Source of the DNA: Convolutriloba macropyga
Taxonomy: Eukaryota
Direction: 5' to 3'
DNA: 64,000 nt
NCBI RefSeq assembly: GCF_964194025.1
Contig: NC_134479.1
Coordinates: forward strand, 38,874,001-38,938,000
Both the position numbers and the translations under genes were made by a program. How positions within the stretch are numbered: the first letter of the stretch is position 1; the number at the start of each line of letters is the position of its first letter. Shown here in pieces: positions 11,960 through 25,547 of the stretch. A model generated the notes under the pieces. It worked only from the letters and a program-made list of their open reading frames with translations, was not told the DNA's origin and did no database searches.

Positions 11960-13015
11960 AAAATTTGCATTTTAAGTGCAACCAAAAGTGGTGTTCTAAT
12001 CTACAGTTTGTCGCTGTGGAGTTTAAAGTTTGCAATTTGAAAATTGGTTTCGTGGAAAAGTGTCAAAACATGAAGAAATGCATGCATGAAAAAATTCAAG
12101 ATCTCGTATGGAGCTGCTTTCATTGTGTAAAGGAGACAAAAAGCGACGGTCAATTTCCTTGACACTAGTGTGAATGTGGACAAGGCGATCAAAATAACTT
12201 GAAAACGGTACAGGCAGAGAACTTATACCGGAAACTTTTCAGACTATCGCTGCTGTGCTCCAATCCAATACAAGAAAAACACTGCTAAAGGGACAATAGA
12301 CAGAATGTTCTGATGCACCAACAGTTGTCAAATGTTTCATTGTTCATCACAGGCCTGTCTAAAAAGTTGACAGCAGAACCTATAACCATAGATATAATAG
12401 GGAATGGTTTTTAACAGAACTCTGGAAACGTTGCTCTCAGTTCTCATGAAACAAGGGACGTTTTGATTCAACCAAAAACAGTAAAAACACAGGAAGCCGA
12501 CAAAAATTGAGAGAAGAGAATGTTTTTTGCAGTATCGCGGCAACCTGAGTCCAAAGCTGGCTAAAACACAACACCTTATCCTGTTATGATTGTTTTAAAA
12601 CATAAAAAACTGAATAGTCCAACATGGTTCAAAAGATTAAGTGAATTGATTTGAAGTTATATATGTCGGGCGGACCTGCAGACATTTAGCCACTAGGATG
12701 ACTGAACGCCAAACTTCAGATTCACCTATCGGACAGAATGTAATTGAAAGCCGCTGATCATCAAAAGCAATCCATTGGAAAATAATTAATCAGTGCAGCG
12801 ATTAACTAAAAGTAATGACATATGAATCCGCCAAGAAAGCCCGTTTTCAAAACAAGCGACAATATTAAGGGATCTGACTAGCTACCTACCCTGCCGTTGT
12901 ACCAGAAACTAAATGTCGTCCTAAAACATATCGATATCGTGGAAGTTGTAACGATCGAATTGCAACGCTACGTTAACGAGAAATGCTCTGAAATAGCAGT
13001 TAAAACTGCCAATAA
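11960..13015 (+). mobile_element. Degenerate Penelope-like retroelement (RT C-terminus/thumb + GIY-YIG endonuclease)
   Basis: Manual translation gives FLDTSVNVD (~12155), YRCCAPIQYKKNTAKGTIDRMF (~12245), QYRGNLS (~12530) and YVGRTCRHLATRMTE...SPIG (12662 onward), in PLE order, with many stops. Confidence 0.75.
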
Positions 13016-14329
13016 ACCAATCTTCGTTACAAAAAAGCTCTCTAAACAAGGGCAATGAAATGATTAATGGACAAAAGTTTTGTGTTTGACCCATATGTTT
13101 GCGTATTTGTTAGAATACAATCAGAGAACAACGAATCTCGAAAAAAAAAATAAATGAAGCATACACCAGTACATCCGCTAATTTGAACACCACTTCAGCA
13201 AACGTCAGGTTTCGAAAAGCTGCAGAAATGTCGAAATGGTGGGTTTTTTAACAAAAGCCTTGTGTTCTTTGAAAAAATATATTCATACGGAAGCTGCAAT
13301 ATCCGCGGAAAACTTTTTTTTAACTAAAATCATTAATCTCTGAACATTTAAAGTCAGGAGTGCTACTATATCTACTACTACTAATTTGAAGATATCTGAA
13401 AAAATTCTCGGTCCTAAGACCTCGCTCTAAAATGTGCAAATGAATCAATCGTATTGATGGAAACCAAAAACAATTTTTTTTGGTCCTGAGAGTCGATTTT
13501 TCGCACGCGTCAATCGTAATACTGGTTAGCCTAATTTTTGCGACAAACTTATTGAATAGGTAGCTTCATTAGTAACAAGCAATCTTTTCAGATCCTGGAC
13601 GAAACTGGACTAGAAATCCACTGCGGCAGACAAATACATCGTGCTATCTCTGGACCATCTCTCTCAAACCAATTTCGATAACCTGATACACATACCATTT
13701 TTATGATTCGAAGGAATTAACCCATGTGAAGAAATAGTTACCTGGCATGACATCATAGGAATTCAATCAGTGAACACAAGAGTAGCAAATTTACGAAAAC
13801 TACACACAGTTAGCTTAAACAAAACATCAAAATCATTAAAAGTTGAACAGAATGCGATATTATGTTGTTTCCCAGAAAGCTACCTAGATGTATCATTTGA
13901 AGTCAGCAGGATTTCTGTTTATGGAAAGTCAATTTATGGAAAGTTATATCCTATAGAAAAGATGAACAGGCTTCCAAAATCACAATCGCCTGAGAAACTA
14001 GTGACAACCAACAAGGCACGAAAGACGAAAAGAAACCGAGACAATTAGAATATGGAGACAGAAAGACAAAAAGAAGACATTATATACAATTTTTCAGCAA
14101 AAGTTTTGTTTGTTTATACCGTGTTCCGTTCTTTTTGTGCGCTGTAGCAGAGATGAGAGTGTTTTCTCACTCGTGGTGCTCTACAAAGTAGTTCAGTGAG
14201 CAGAATCTCCTTTGAATTTTGTACCATTCATTTTTATGTTTCCTTATATCAATTTTGCTGTCTGCTTGTTCGCGGAGATTCGAGTAGGTTCTTTGTCGGG
14301 CAAAATTATGGCAGCCGCTAATCCCCAAA

Positions 14330-15768
14330 AATTATTTTCCATATCACCCGACGCTATTGTAAAGAATAAAGACCGCTGCTGTTCACAGAGCTAAAAAGGA
14401 AACCAATGGAGCCATGAGCCATCATGACTTGACACTCAAGAACGGCACATACTCTTGACATCTTTAAAAACATCATCCAGCGATCTCTGCAAAACAACAT
14501 CCGAATTATCAAAAACAGCTGAAAGAAAAGTGACCTGATATCTATCTTTCTTTGAGCCCTATAACCCATGCAGACTCATCGCCCTTGATAAATGCCCTAG
14601 TGTACGGCCTATCGGTGTTGTTGTAGTGCTATGAAGAATTATAGGGCAAAGCAAAATGAAGTGCCTTAAAGCAGATCACATGTATCTTGGCTAAAATGTA
14701 CAGTTGCGCTTATAGGAAGAATGCGGCATAGTGTTTTAATTATTGCATTCTATATGAGAAAGTCCAAACACAGAAACGAGCATATGATGTATAAAAGGGT
14801 TTCAACAGTCTGAACACCAGACTTGCCCATAAAAATATATATACATAAACTAAGAGCTTCTCTGTACGTAATTCTCTTCATGTACTCAAAAAACGCCATC
14901 TATTTTTTTAATTAGGTATTGACATTAAAACCATCAGAAGGCAGCACTCAGGGTGACCAGCCTGCTATGGCCTTCTGCGGAATAAGATTTTTTCCCCGTC
15001 CTCTAAATGGATGACCCAAGAGTCCTGAAACTATACATAGACCATGGGAGATACAAATGGCCAAAAAAAATTGCTGATACTTTTGTAAAGAAAGTAGGTG
15101 ATTTTGGTAATAATTTTAAATACAATGATTTAAAATGCTACCACATGCTGAAAACAAAACGCAAAAGCTAAAAAAAATCATTTTATAAATGCGACTTCGA
15201 ACTATTACTGGGCCATGAAGTCATAAGCTTCGGTATAGGAACCACTAATTCTTGTTTTCAGTTTCATCATTTTGCTGAACTCTTTCAAAAAATTATCATC
15301 AAATTACCCCAAAAATTAACTGTGAGCTGACATTTTTAACAAGAGCATCATTCAGCGATTTTTAAGAAAAGTCATAAAGGGGAATTAGCAGCAAAATCAT
15401 ACCAACGATAATGGTTCCTCCAAAATACAAAATAAACAACGAAAGCTACTCTTATAGCTGACCCAAGAGGGTGTACTCGAAATCATGCTAACAAATGATA
15501 GAAGTTCTGAATAACAGAGATCTATTCGAAATGCCGCCCAATTAAGCGATAATAAAGCAGAAATAGAATTTGAACAATTACGCATACATAATATCATAAA
15601 ACGATCAAAAAATGAAGTTCTGGAGTTCTAGGAGCAAAACAGATTTAAATCAAATACAACTAAGAATTCTCAGAGCTACATGCAATTGATTTTGTCATGG
15701 AAAAAAACATCATGCTGGCTACATGCATTACCAGTGAAGAAAATATTTTCGATCTTTCATTATCTGCG
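14330..15768 (+). mobile_element. Degenerate CRE-clade (restriction-like endonuclease group) non-LTR retrotransposon RT region
   Basis: Manual translation gives LDTQERHILLTSLKTSSSDLCKT, CRLIALDKCPSVRPIGV..VL*RIIG (~14570), EGSTQGDQPAMA (~14940) and SCWLHALP (~15710). These match CRE-type motifs RLIALDKxPGVRPIG, GTTQGDPLAM and ASxWLxALP. Confidence 0.8.
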
Positions 15769-18515
15769 NNNNNNNNNNNNNNNNNNNNNNNNNNNNNNNN
15801 NNNNNNNNNNNNNNNNNNNNNNNNNNNNNNNNNNNNNNNNNNNNNNNNNNNNNNNNNNNNNNNNNNNNNNNNNNNNNNNNNNNNNNNNNNNNNNNNNNTT
15901 TGTCGCATGTTCATAGTCCCAGTCATCACGTTTTAAAATATTGTCCACCTATTTCATCAGAGATGGCAATCACAGAAGAGTTGCCATGCGCAGACGTTCT
16001 TTTCAGAGTAACTTTCGTTGATGAAACGGCACATTATTGCTATTATTCTTCTTTCAATCCTGCTTCTATCTCAAGTTTGTCCGATATATTCACAAGTTGA
16101 CAATTTTTGCAAACAAACTCTCTTCGAGCTCTTTCAGTACGTTTTTCATCGAGCATAAGAATGTAAGTTTTCTTCTTTTTTATTGCATAGTTTCCGGCAG
16201 CCCGAATCTTCTTTCATCATCTTTGACAGAAACAATAGTCTGTTTAGTTGCAGAAACATCGGCAGTAGAAGATAACTGAGATCTATGAGTCCAGTGCTCC
16301 AATTGACAAAATTCTTCTGGAAATTTTCAAGTTGTTTCAGCTCAGTTCTTGATGCCCTCATGCAAACTAAGCCACATAACAGCACTCGAAAGATCTGTCA
16401 CCTGCATCGTATGAGTTTGATCCTCGTTTGTACTCCCATTGCAACTTTTCTGCAAGGTAAGAAGAGCACTTTGTTCGCTCTCACTCATCCTTCTTCGACG
16501 GGCGCCTTTCAAGTAACATTACTCGACACATCTATCCCTAGTTCTTTCACCGTCGCTGAGTTTTGAAGTTGCAGATCCATTGTTTTGATTGATTTGTTTT
16601 TCCCCTGAACGTAACCTTTGTGCGTTTTTCCGTGGCATGGTCAGTTTTTTTCGTTTCCACACGCTTTTCGATATAGTGTTCCCAATTGGAAAGATTTTTG
16701 AATCTCAGACACATAATTCTAACTTGCATTTTATCTAAGGCCTTTACTCTAATGCCAATCATTTTTGTGACTTATGATTTTTTGCAAATATTGAAAATTC
16801 TGTTCAGGTTTAGCAAGGTGAAATTTTTTCCAGTCAAAGGACAACAAGTAGCGCTGCACTTGACATAAGAGCAGACCGACTATGAAAAAATAGAGAAATC
16901 TTCAACCCGTATGCAAAAAAGCTGCAAAAATCTACACTGAGTTTTAAAAATATCACGATCAGATAAAAAACAGTGAAACATAATCAATAGATCTGCGTCG
17001 TAGAACAAACTATCTTCAACCGAAAGCAATCCCCCGATAACAGAACAAGACACCAATACGAGAATCGTAAAAAATTCTAACACGCTACCTATCTAATTCT
17101 GTTTGTTTACAACCACTGATATCGAAGACGTGCGAAGAGGATATTCGAGGTGATAGTGTACAGGAAAATGTTTTCGCCAGAAAAAGAAAGAAAGAAGATG
17201 CTGGCACTTAATATCACTGATACTTTGAATAGAATACTCTTGAAAATAATTCGTTATTTCATGCCGTGTCTGACCTTCCCACGAAACAATGAAACAACAA
17301 TTGGTCACTGGTTCAAAAAGAATGAGCAGACGATTTGATCTTTGGGTCTTCGGTCAAATTAATGAAGTGTTCAATGAATCAAAAACGATGCAAACTATCA
17401 AAATTAGCTGAAAGAACAGCAAACTGATATCTATCTTTCTTTGAGACCTATAACCTATGCAGTCTCATCGCCCTTGATAAATGCCCTGGCCTATTGGCGT
17501 TGGCCATGTGCTATCAAGAATTATAGGGCGAAGCATTTTGAAGTGCTTTAAAGCAGATTACTACATGTATCTTGGTGAAAATGTATAGTTGTGCTTATGA
17601 GAAGAATGCTGCAGAGTGTTTTAATTATTGCATTCTACATGAGAAAATCCATACAGGGAAACCACCATATGATGCTTAAAAAACTTTCAACAGTCTGAAC
17701 ACCAGACTTGCCAATAAAATTATATAAAAAACTGAGAGCTTCTCTGTAGGTAGTTCTCTTCATGTACTCACAAAAAGCCTTCTAATTTTTTTTAGTAGGT
17801 AATGACATTAAAACCCCACATTTCGCTCTCACTAATCTTTCTTCGACGGGCGCCTTTCAAGTAACATTACTGGACACATCTATCACTAGTTCTTTCACTG
17901 TCGCTGAAATGCGACTTCGAACTATTACAGGGCTAAGAGGTGAAAAGCTTGGGAATAAGAACCACTAATTCTTGTTTTCAGTTTCAACATTTTGCTGCAT
18001 TCTTTCAAAAAGTTATCATCAAATGGCTCAAAAAAGCGATTGTGAGCTGAAATTTTTAACAAGAACCACTTCTAACTCTCCTAATTTGTCGGAAAAGACA
18101 TAAAAGTTTATTAGCAGCAAAATCTTGCCAGCAATCCTGGTTCTTCCAAAATACAAGAAAAACACCAAAACCTACTCTTATATCTCGCACAAGAGGGTGT
18201 ATTTAAAATCGTGCTGATATCTGATAGGAGTTCTGAATAACAGAGATTTATGCGAAATGCCGTCCAGTTGAGCGATAATAAAGCAAAAAAAGAATTTGAA
18301 CAATTACACATACCTAATATCATAAGACGAGCAACAAAACGTTCTGGAATTCTAGGAGCAAAGCAGATTTAAATCAAAGGCAACCAATACAGCTCAGAGC
18401 TACATGCCATTGATTTTTCATGGAAAAAAAAGCATCATGCTGGCTGCATGCTTTACCACTGAAGAAATACATTTTCGATCTCTCATTATTTGAGAGAAGA
18501 AATTTTGTTTAGGTC

Positions 18516-18555
<40 letters not shown>

Positions 18556-21500
18556 GGTTTAGGGATTTTCGTCGCAGGTTCATAGTCCCAGTCATCACAT
18601 TTTAAAATATTGTCCACCTATTTCGTCAGAGATGGCGATCACAGAAGAGTTGCCATGCGCAGAGGTTCTTTTCGGAGTAATTTTTCTTGATGAAACGCCA
18701 CATTATTGCTATTATTCTTTTTTCAATCCGGCTTCTATCTCAAATTTGTCCGATCTGTTCACAAGTTAACAATGTTTGCAAACAAACACTCTTCGAACTC
18801 TTTCAGTAAGTTTTTTATCGAGCATAAAAATGTCAATTTTCTTCTTTTTTAATGCATAGTTTCCGGCAGCCCGAATCCTCTTTCATCATCTTTGAGAGAA
18901 GCAATGGTTTGTTTAGTTGCAGAAACATTGGCAGTAGAAGATAACTGAGATCTATGAGTCCAGTGATCCAATTGACAATACTCTTCTTGAAAATTTCAAG
19001 TTGTTTCAGCTCAGTTCTTGATGCCCTCATGCAAACAAAGCCACACAACAACACTCAAAAAACCTGTCACCTGCATCGTAGGAGTTTGATCCTCGTTTGT
19101 ACTCCCATAGCAACTTGTCTGCAAAGTAAGTAGAGCACTTTGTTCGCTCTCACTAATCTTTCTTCGACGGGCGCCTTTCAAGTAACATTACTCCACACAT
19201 CTATCACTAGTTCTTTCACTGTCGCTGAGTTTTGAAGTTGCAGATCCATTGATTTGATTGATTTGTCTTTCCCCTGAACGTAACTTTTGTGCGTTTTTCC
19301 ATGGCATGATCAGTTTATTTCGTTTCCACACGCTTTTCGATATAGTGTTCCCAATTGGAAAGATTTTTGAATACCAGACACATAATTCTAACTTGCAATT
19401 TATCTAAGGCTTTACTCTAATGCCAATCATTTTTGTGACTCATGAGTTTATGCAAATATTGAAAATGATTTTCAGGTTTAGCAAGGTGAAATTTCTGCAA
19501 GTCAAAGGACAACAAGTAGCGCTGCGCTTGACATAAGAGCAAACCGACTATGAAAAAATAGAGAAATCTTCAACCCGTATGCAAAAAAGCTGCAAACATC
19601 TACACTGAGTTTTAAAAATATCACGATCACATAAAAAACAGTGAAATATTATCAATAGATCTGCGTCGTAGAACAAACTATCTTCAACCGAAAGCAATCC
19701 CCCGATAACAGAACAAGACACCAATACGAGAATCGTAAAAAATCCTAACACGCTACCTAGTTAATTCTGTTTGTTTACAACCACTGATATCGAAGACGTG
19801 CGAAGAGAATATTCGAGGTGATAGTGTACAGGAAAAGTGTTTTCGCCAGAAAAAGAAAGAGAGAAGATGCTGGCACTTAATATCACTGATACTTTGAATA
19901 GAATACTCTTGAAAATAATTCGTTATTTCATGCCGTGTCTGACCTTCCCACGAAACAATGAAACAACAATTGGTCACTGGTCAAAAAAGAATGAGCAGAA
20001 CATTTGATCTTTGGGTCTTCGGTCAAATTAATGAAGTGTTCAATGAATCAAAAACGATGCAAACTATCAAAATTAGCTGAAAGAACAGCAAACTGATATC
20101 TATCTTTCTTTGAGACCTATAACCTATGCAGTCTCATCGCCCTTGATAAATGCCCTGGTCTACGGCCTATTGGCGTTGGCCATGTGCTATCAAGAATAAT
20201 AGGGTGAAGCATTTTGAAGTGCTTTAAAGCAGATTACATGTATCTTGGTGAAAATGTATAGTTGTGCTTATGAGAAGAATGCTGCAGAGTGTTTTAATTA
20301 TTGCATTCTACATGAGAAAGTCCATACAGGGAAACCACCATATGATGCTTAAAAAACTTTCAACAGTCTGAACACCAGACTTGCCAATAAAATTATATAA
20401 AAAACTGAGAGCTTCTCTGTAGGTAGTTCTCTTCATGTACTCACAAAAAGCCTTCTAATTTTTTTTAGTAGGTAATGACATTAAAACCCCACATTTCGCT
20501 CTCACTAATCTTTCTTCGACGGGCGCCTTTCAAGTAACATTACTCGACACATCTATCACTAGTTCTTTCACTGTCGCTGAATTTTGAAGTTGCAGATCCA
20601 TTGATTTGATTGATTTGTCTTTCCCCTGAACGTAACCTTTGTTCGTTTTTCCATGGCATGATCAGTTTATTTCGTTTCCAAACGCTTTTCGATATAGTGT
20701 TCCCAATTGGAAAGATTTTTGAATACCAGACACATAATTCTAACTTGCAATTTATCTAAGGCCTTTACTCTAATGCCAATCATTTTTGTGACTCATGAGT
20801 TTATGCAAATATTGAAAATGTTTTTCAGGTTTAGCAAGGTGAAATTTCTGCAAGTCAAAGGACAACAAGTAGCGCTGCGCTTGACATAAGAGCAAACCGA
20901 CTATGAAAAAATAGAGAAATCTTCAACCCGTATGCAAAAAAGCTGCAAACATCTACATTGAGTTTTAAAAAAATCACGATCACATAAAAAACAGTGAAAC
21001 ATTATCAATAGATCTCCGTCGTAGAACAAACTATCTTCAACCGAAAGCAATCCCCCGATAACAGAACAAGACACCAATACGAGAATCGTAAAAAATCCTA
21101 ACACGCTACCTATTTAATTCTGTTTGTTTACAACCACTGATATCGAAGACGTGCGAAGAGAATATTCGAGGTGATAGTGTACAGGAAAAGTGTTTTCGCC
21201 AGAAAAAGAAAGAAACAAGATGCTGGCACTTAATATCACTGATACTTTGAATAGAATACTCTTGAAAATAATTCGTTTTTTCATGCCGTGTCTGACCTTC
21301 CCACGAAACAATGAAACAACAATTGGTCACTGGTTAAAAAAGAATGAGCAGACGATTTGATCTTTGGGTCTTCGGTTAAATTAATGAAGTGTTCAATGAA
21401 GCAAAAACGATGCAAACTATCAAAATTAGCTGAAAGAACAGCAAACTGATATCTATCTTTCTTTGAGCCCTATAACCCATGCAGTCTCATCGCCCTTGAT

Positions 21501-24500
21501 AAATGCCTTGGTGTACGGCCTATCGGCGTTGGCCATGTGCTATCAAGAATTATAGGGCGAAGCATTTTGAAGTGCTTTAAAGCAGGTTACATGTATCTTT
21601 GTGAAAATGTATAGTTGTGCTTAGGAGACGAAAGTGGCAGAAAGTTTTAATTATTGCATTCTACATGAGAAAGTCCAAACAGGGAAACCACCATATGATG
21701 CTTAAAAAGCTTTCAACAGTCTGAACACCAGACTTGCCCATAAAAATATATAAATAAACTAAGAGCTTCTCTGTAGGTAGTTCTCTTCATGTACTCACAA
21801 AAAGCCTTCTAATTTTTTTAGTAGGTAATGACATTAAAACCCTCAAAAAGCAGCACTCAGTTTGGCCAGCTTGCTATGGCCATCTGATGAACAAGATTTT
21901 CCTCTAAATGGATGACCCAAGAGTCCTGAAAAAAATACAAAGACTATAGGAGATACAAATAGCCAAAATATTTGCTGATATTTTTTTAAAGGAAAGTAGG
22001 TGATTTTGGTAAAGATTTTAAAGAAAAAGATTTAAAATGCCACCACATGCTGAAAACAAAACACAAAATCTGATAAATAATTTTCTAAATGCGACTTCGA
22101 ACTATTACAGGGCTAAGAGGTGAAAAGCTTGGGAATAGGAACCACTAATTCTTGTTTTCAGTTTCAACATTTTGCTGCACTCTTTCAAAAAGTTATCATC
22201 AAATGGCTCAAAAAAGTGATTGTGAGCTGAAATTTTTAACAGGAACCACTTCTAACTCTCCTAATTTGTCGGAAAAGACATAAAAGTTTATTAGCAGCAA
22301 AATCTTGCCAGCAATCCTGGTTCTTCCAAAATACAACAAAACCACCGAAACCTACTCTTATATCTCGCACAAGAGGGTGTACTTAAAATCGTGCTGATAT
22401 CTGATAGGAGTTCTGAATAACAGAGATTTATGCGAAATGCCGTCCAGTTGAGCAATAATGAAGCAAAAAAAGAATTTGAACAATTACACATACCTAATAT
22501 CATTAGACGAGCAACAAAACGTTCTGGAATTCTAGGAGCAAAGCAGATTTAAATCAAAGGCAACCAATATAGCTCAGAGCTACATGCAATTGATTTTTCA
22601 TGGGAAAAAAGCATCATGCTGGCTGCATGCATTACCACTGAAGAAATAAATTTTCGATCTCTCAATATTTGAGAGAAGAAATTTTGTTTAGGTGTTGTTG
22701 TTGTTGTTGTTTCTGTTGTTGTTTAGGGCTTTTCGTCACAGGTTCATAGTCCCAGTGTCACATTTTAAAATATTGTCCACCTATTTCGTCAGATATAACG
22801 ATCACAGAGGAGTTGCCATGCGCAGAGGTTCTTTTCGGAGTAATTTTTCTTGATGAAACGCCACATTATTGCTATTATTCTTTTTTCAGTCTTGCTTTTA
22901 TCTCAAATTTGTCCAATCTATTCACAAGTTGACAATTGTTGCAAACAAACTCTCTTCGAGCTCTTTCAGTACGTTTTTCATCGAGCATAAAAATGTCAAT
23001 TTTCTTCTTTTTTAATGCATAGTTTCCGGCAGCCCGAATCCTCTTTCATCATCTTTGAGAGAAGCAATGGTTTGTTTAGTTGCAGAAACATTGGCAGTAG
23101 AAGATAACTGAGATCTATGAGTCCAGTGATCCAATTGACAATACTCTTCTTGAAAATTTCAAGTTGTTTCAGCTCAGTTCTTGATGCCCTCATGCAAACA
23201 AAGCCACACAACAACACTCAAAAAACCTGTCACCTGCATCGTAGGAGTTTGATCCTCGTTTGTACTCCCATAGCAACTTGTCTGCAAAGTAAGTAGAGCA
23301 CTTTGTTCGCTCTCACTAATCTTTCTTCGACGGGCGCCTTTCAAGTAACATTACTCCACACATCTATCACTAGTTCTTTCACTGTCGCTGAGTTTTGAAG
23401 TTGCAGATCCATTGATTTGATTGATTTGTCTTTCCCCTGAACGTAACCTTTGTTCGTTTTTCCATGGCATGATCAGTTTATTTCGTTTCCAAACGCTTTT
23501 CGATATAGTGTTCCCAATTGGAAAGATTTTTGAATACCAGACACATAATTCTAACTTGCAATTTATCTAAGGCTTTACTCTAATGCCAATCATTTTTGTG
23601 ACTCATGAGTTTATGCAAATATTGAAAATGATTTTCAGGTTTAGCAAGGTGAAATTTCTGCAAGTCAAAGGACAACAAGTAGCGCTGCGCTTGACATAAG
23701 AGCAAACCGACTATGAAAAAATAGAGAAATCTTCAACCCGTATGCAAAAAAGCTGCAAACATCTACACTGAGTTTTAAAAATATCACGATCACATAAAAA
23801 ACAGTGAAACATTATCAATAGATCTGCGTCGTAGAACAAACTATCTTCAACCGAAAGCAATCCCCCGATAACAGAACAAGACACCAATACGAGAATCGTA
23901 AAAAATCCTAACACGCTACCTAGTTAATTCTGTTTGTTTACAACCACTGATATCGAAGACGTGCCAAGAGAATATTCGAGGTGATAGTGTACAGGAAAAG
24001 TGTTTTCGCCAGAAAAAGAAAGAAAGAAGATGCTGGCACTTAATATCACTGATACTTTGAATAGAATACTCTTGAAAATAATTCGTTATTTCATGCCGTG
24101 TCTGACCTTCCCACGAAACAATGAAACAACAATTGTTCACTGGTTAAAAAAGAATGAGCAGACGATTTGATCTTTGGGTCTTCGGTTAAATTAATGAAGT
24201 GTTCAATGAAGCAAAAACGATGCAAACTATCAAAATTAGCTGAAAGAACAGCAAACTGATATCTATCTTTCTTTGAGCCCTATAACCCATGCAGTCTCAT
24301 CGCCCTTGATAAATGCCTTGGTGTACGGCCTATCGGCGTTGGCCATGTGCTATCAAGAATTATAGGGCGAAGCATTATGAAGTGCCTTAAAGCAGATTAC
24401 ATGTATCTTGATGAAAATGTATAATTATGCTTATGAGAAGAAGGCGGCAGAGTGTTTTAATTATTGCATTCTACATGAGAAAGGGAAACCACCATATGAT

Positions 24501-25507
24501 GCTTAAAAAACTTTCAACAGTCTGAACACCAGACTTGCATAAACATATATAAAAAATTAAGAGCTTCTCTGTAGGTAGTTCTCTTCATGTACTCACAAAA
24601 AGCCTTCTAATTTTTTTAGTAGATAATGACATTAAAACCCTCAGAAAGCAGCACTCAGTCTGGCCAGCTTGCTATGGCCATCTGGGGAACAAGTTTTTTT
24701 CCCCGTCCTCTAAATGGATGACCCAAGAGTCCTGAAAAAAATACACAGACTATAGGAGATACAAATAGCCAAAAAAATTGCTGATATTTTTTTAAAGGAA
24801 AGTAGGTGATTTTGGTAAAGATTTTAAAAAAATGATTTAAAATGCCACCACATGCTGAAAACAAAACACAAAATCTCATGAATAATTTTCTAATTGCGAC
24901 TTCGAACTTTTACAGGGCTAATAGGTGAAAAGCTTGGCAATAGGAACCACTAATTCTTGTTTACAGTTTCATCAATTTGCTGCACTCTTTCAAAAAATTA
25001 TCATCAAATGGCTCAAAAAAGTGATTGTGAGCTGACATTTTTAACAAGAACCACTTCTAACTCTCTTAATTTGTCGGAAAAGACATAAAGTTTATTAGCA
25101 GCAAAATCTTGCCAGCAATCCTGGTTCTTCCAAAATACAACAAAAACACCGAAACCTACTCTTATATCACGCACAAGAGGGTATAATTAAAATCGTGCTG
25201 ATATCTGATAGGAGTTCTGAATAACGGAGATTTATGCGAAATGCCGTCCAGTTTGTCGATAATAAAGCAAAAAAAGAATTTGAACAATTACACATACCTA
25301 ATATCATAAGACGAGCAACAAAACGTTCTGGAATTCTAGGAGCAAAACAGATTTAAATCAAAGGCAACCAAGATAGCTCAGAGCTACATGCAATTGATTT
25401 TTCATGGAAAAAAAGCATCATGCTGGTTGCATGCATTACCACTGACGAAGTACATTTTCGATCTCTCATTATTTGAGAGATGAAATTTTGTTTAGGTGTT
25501 GTTGTTC

Positions 25508-25547
<40 letters not shown>

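Noticed and set aside
13850-13905. Polinton/adintovirus capsid-like PESYLDV motif
   Set aside because: Isolated short match; the surrounding sequence fits the WHD[IV]I ORF family better.
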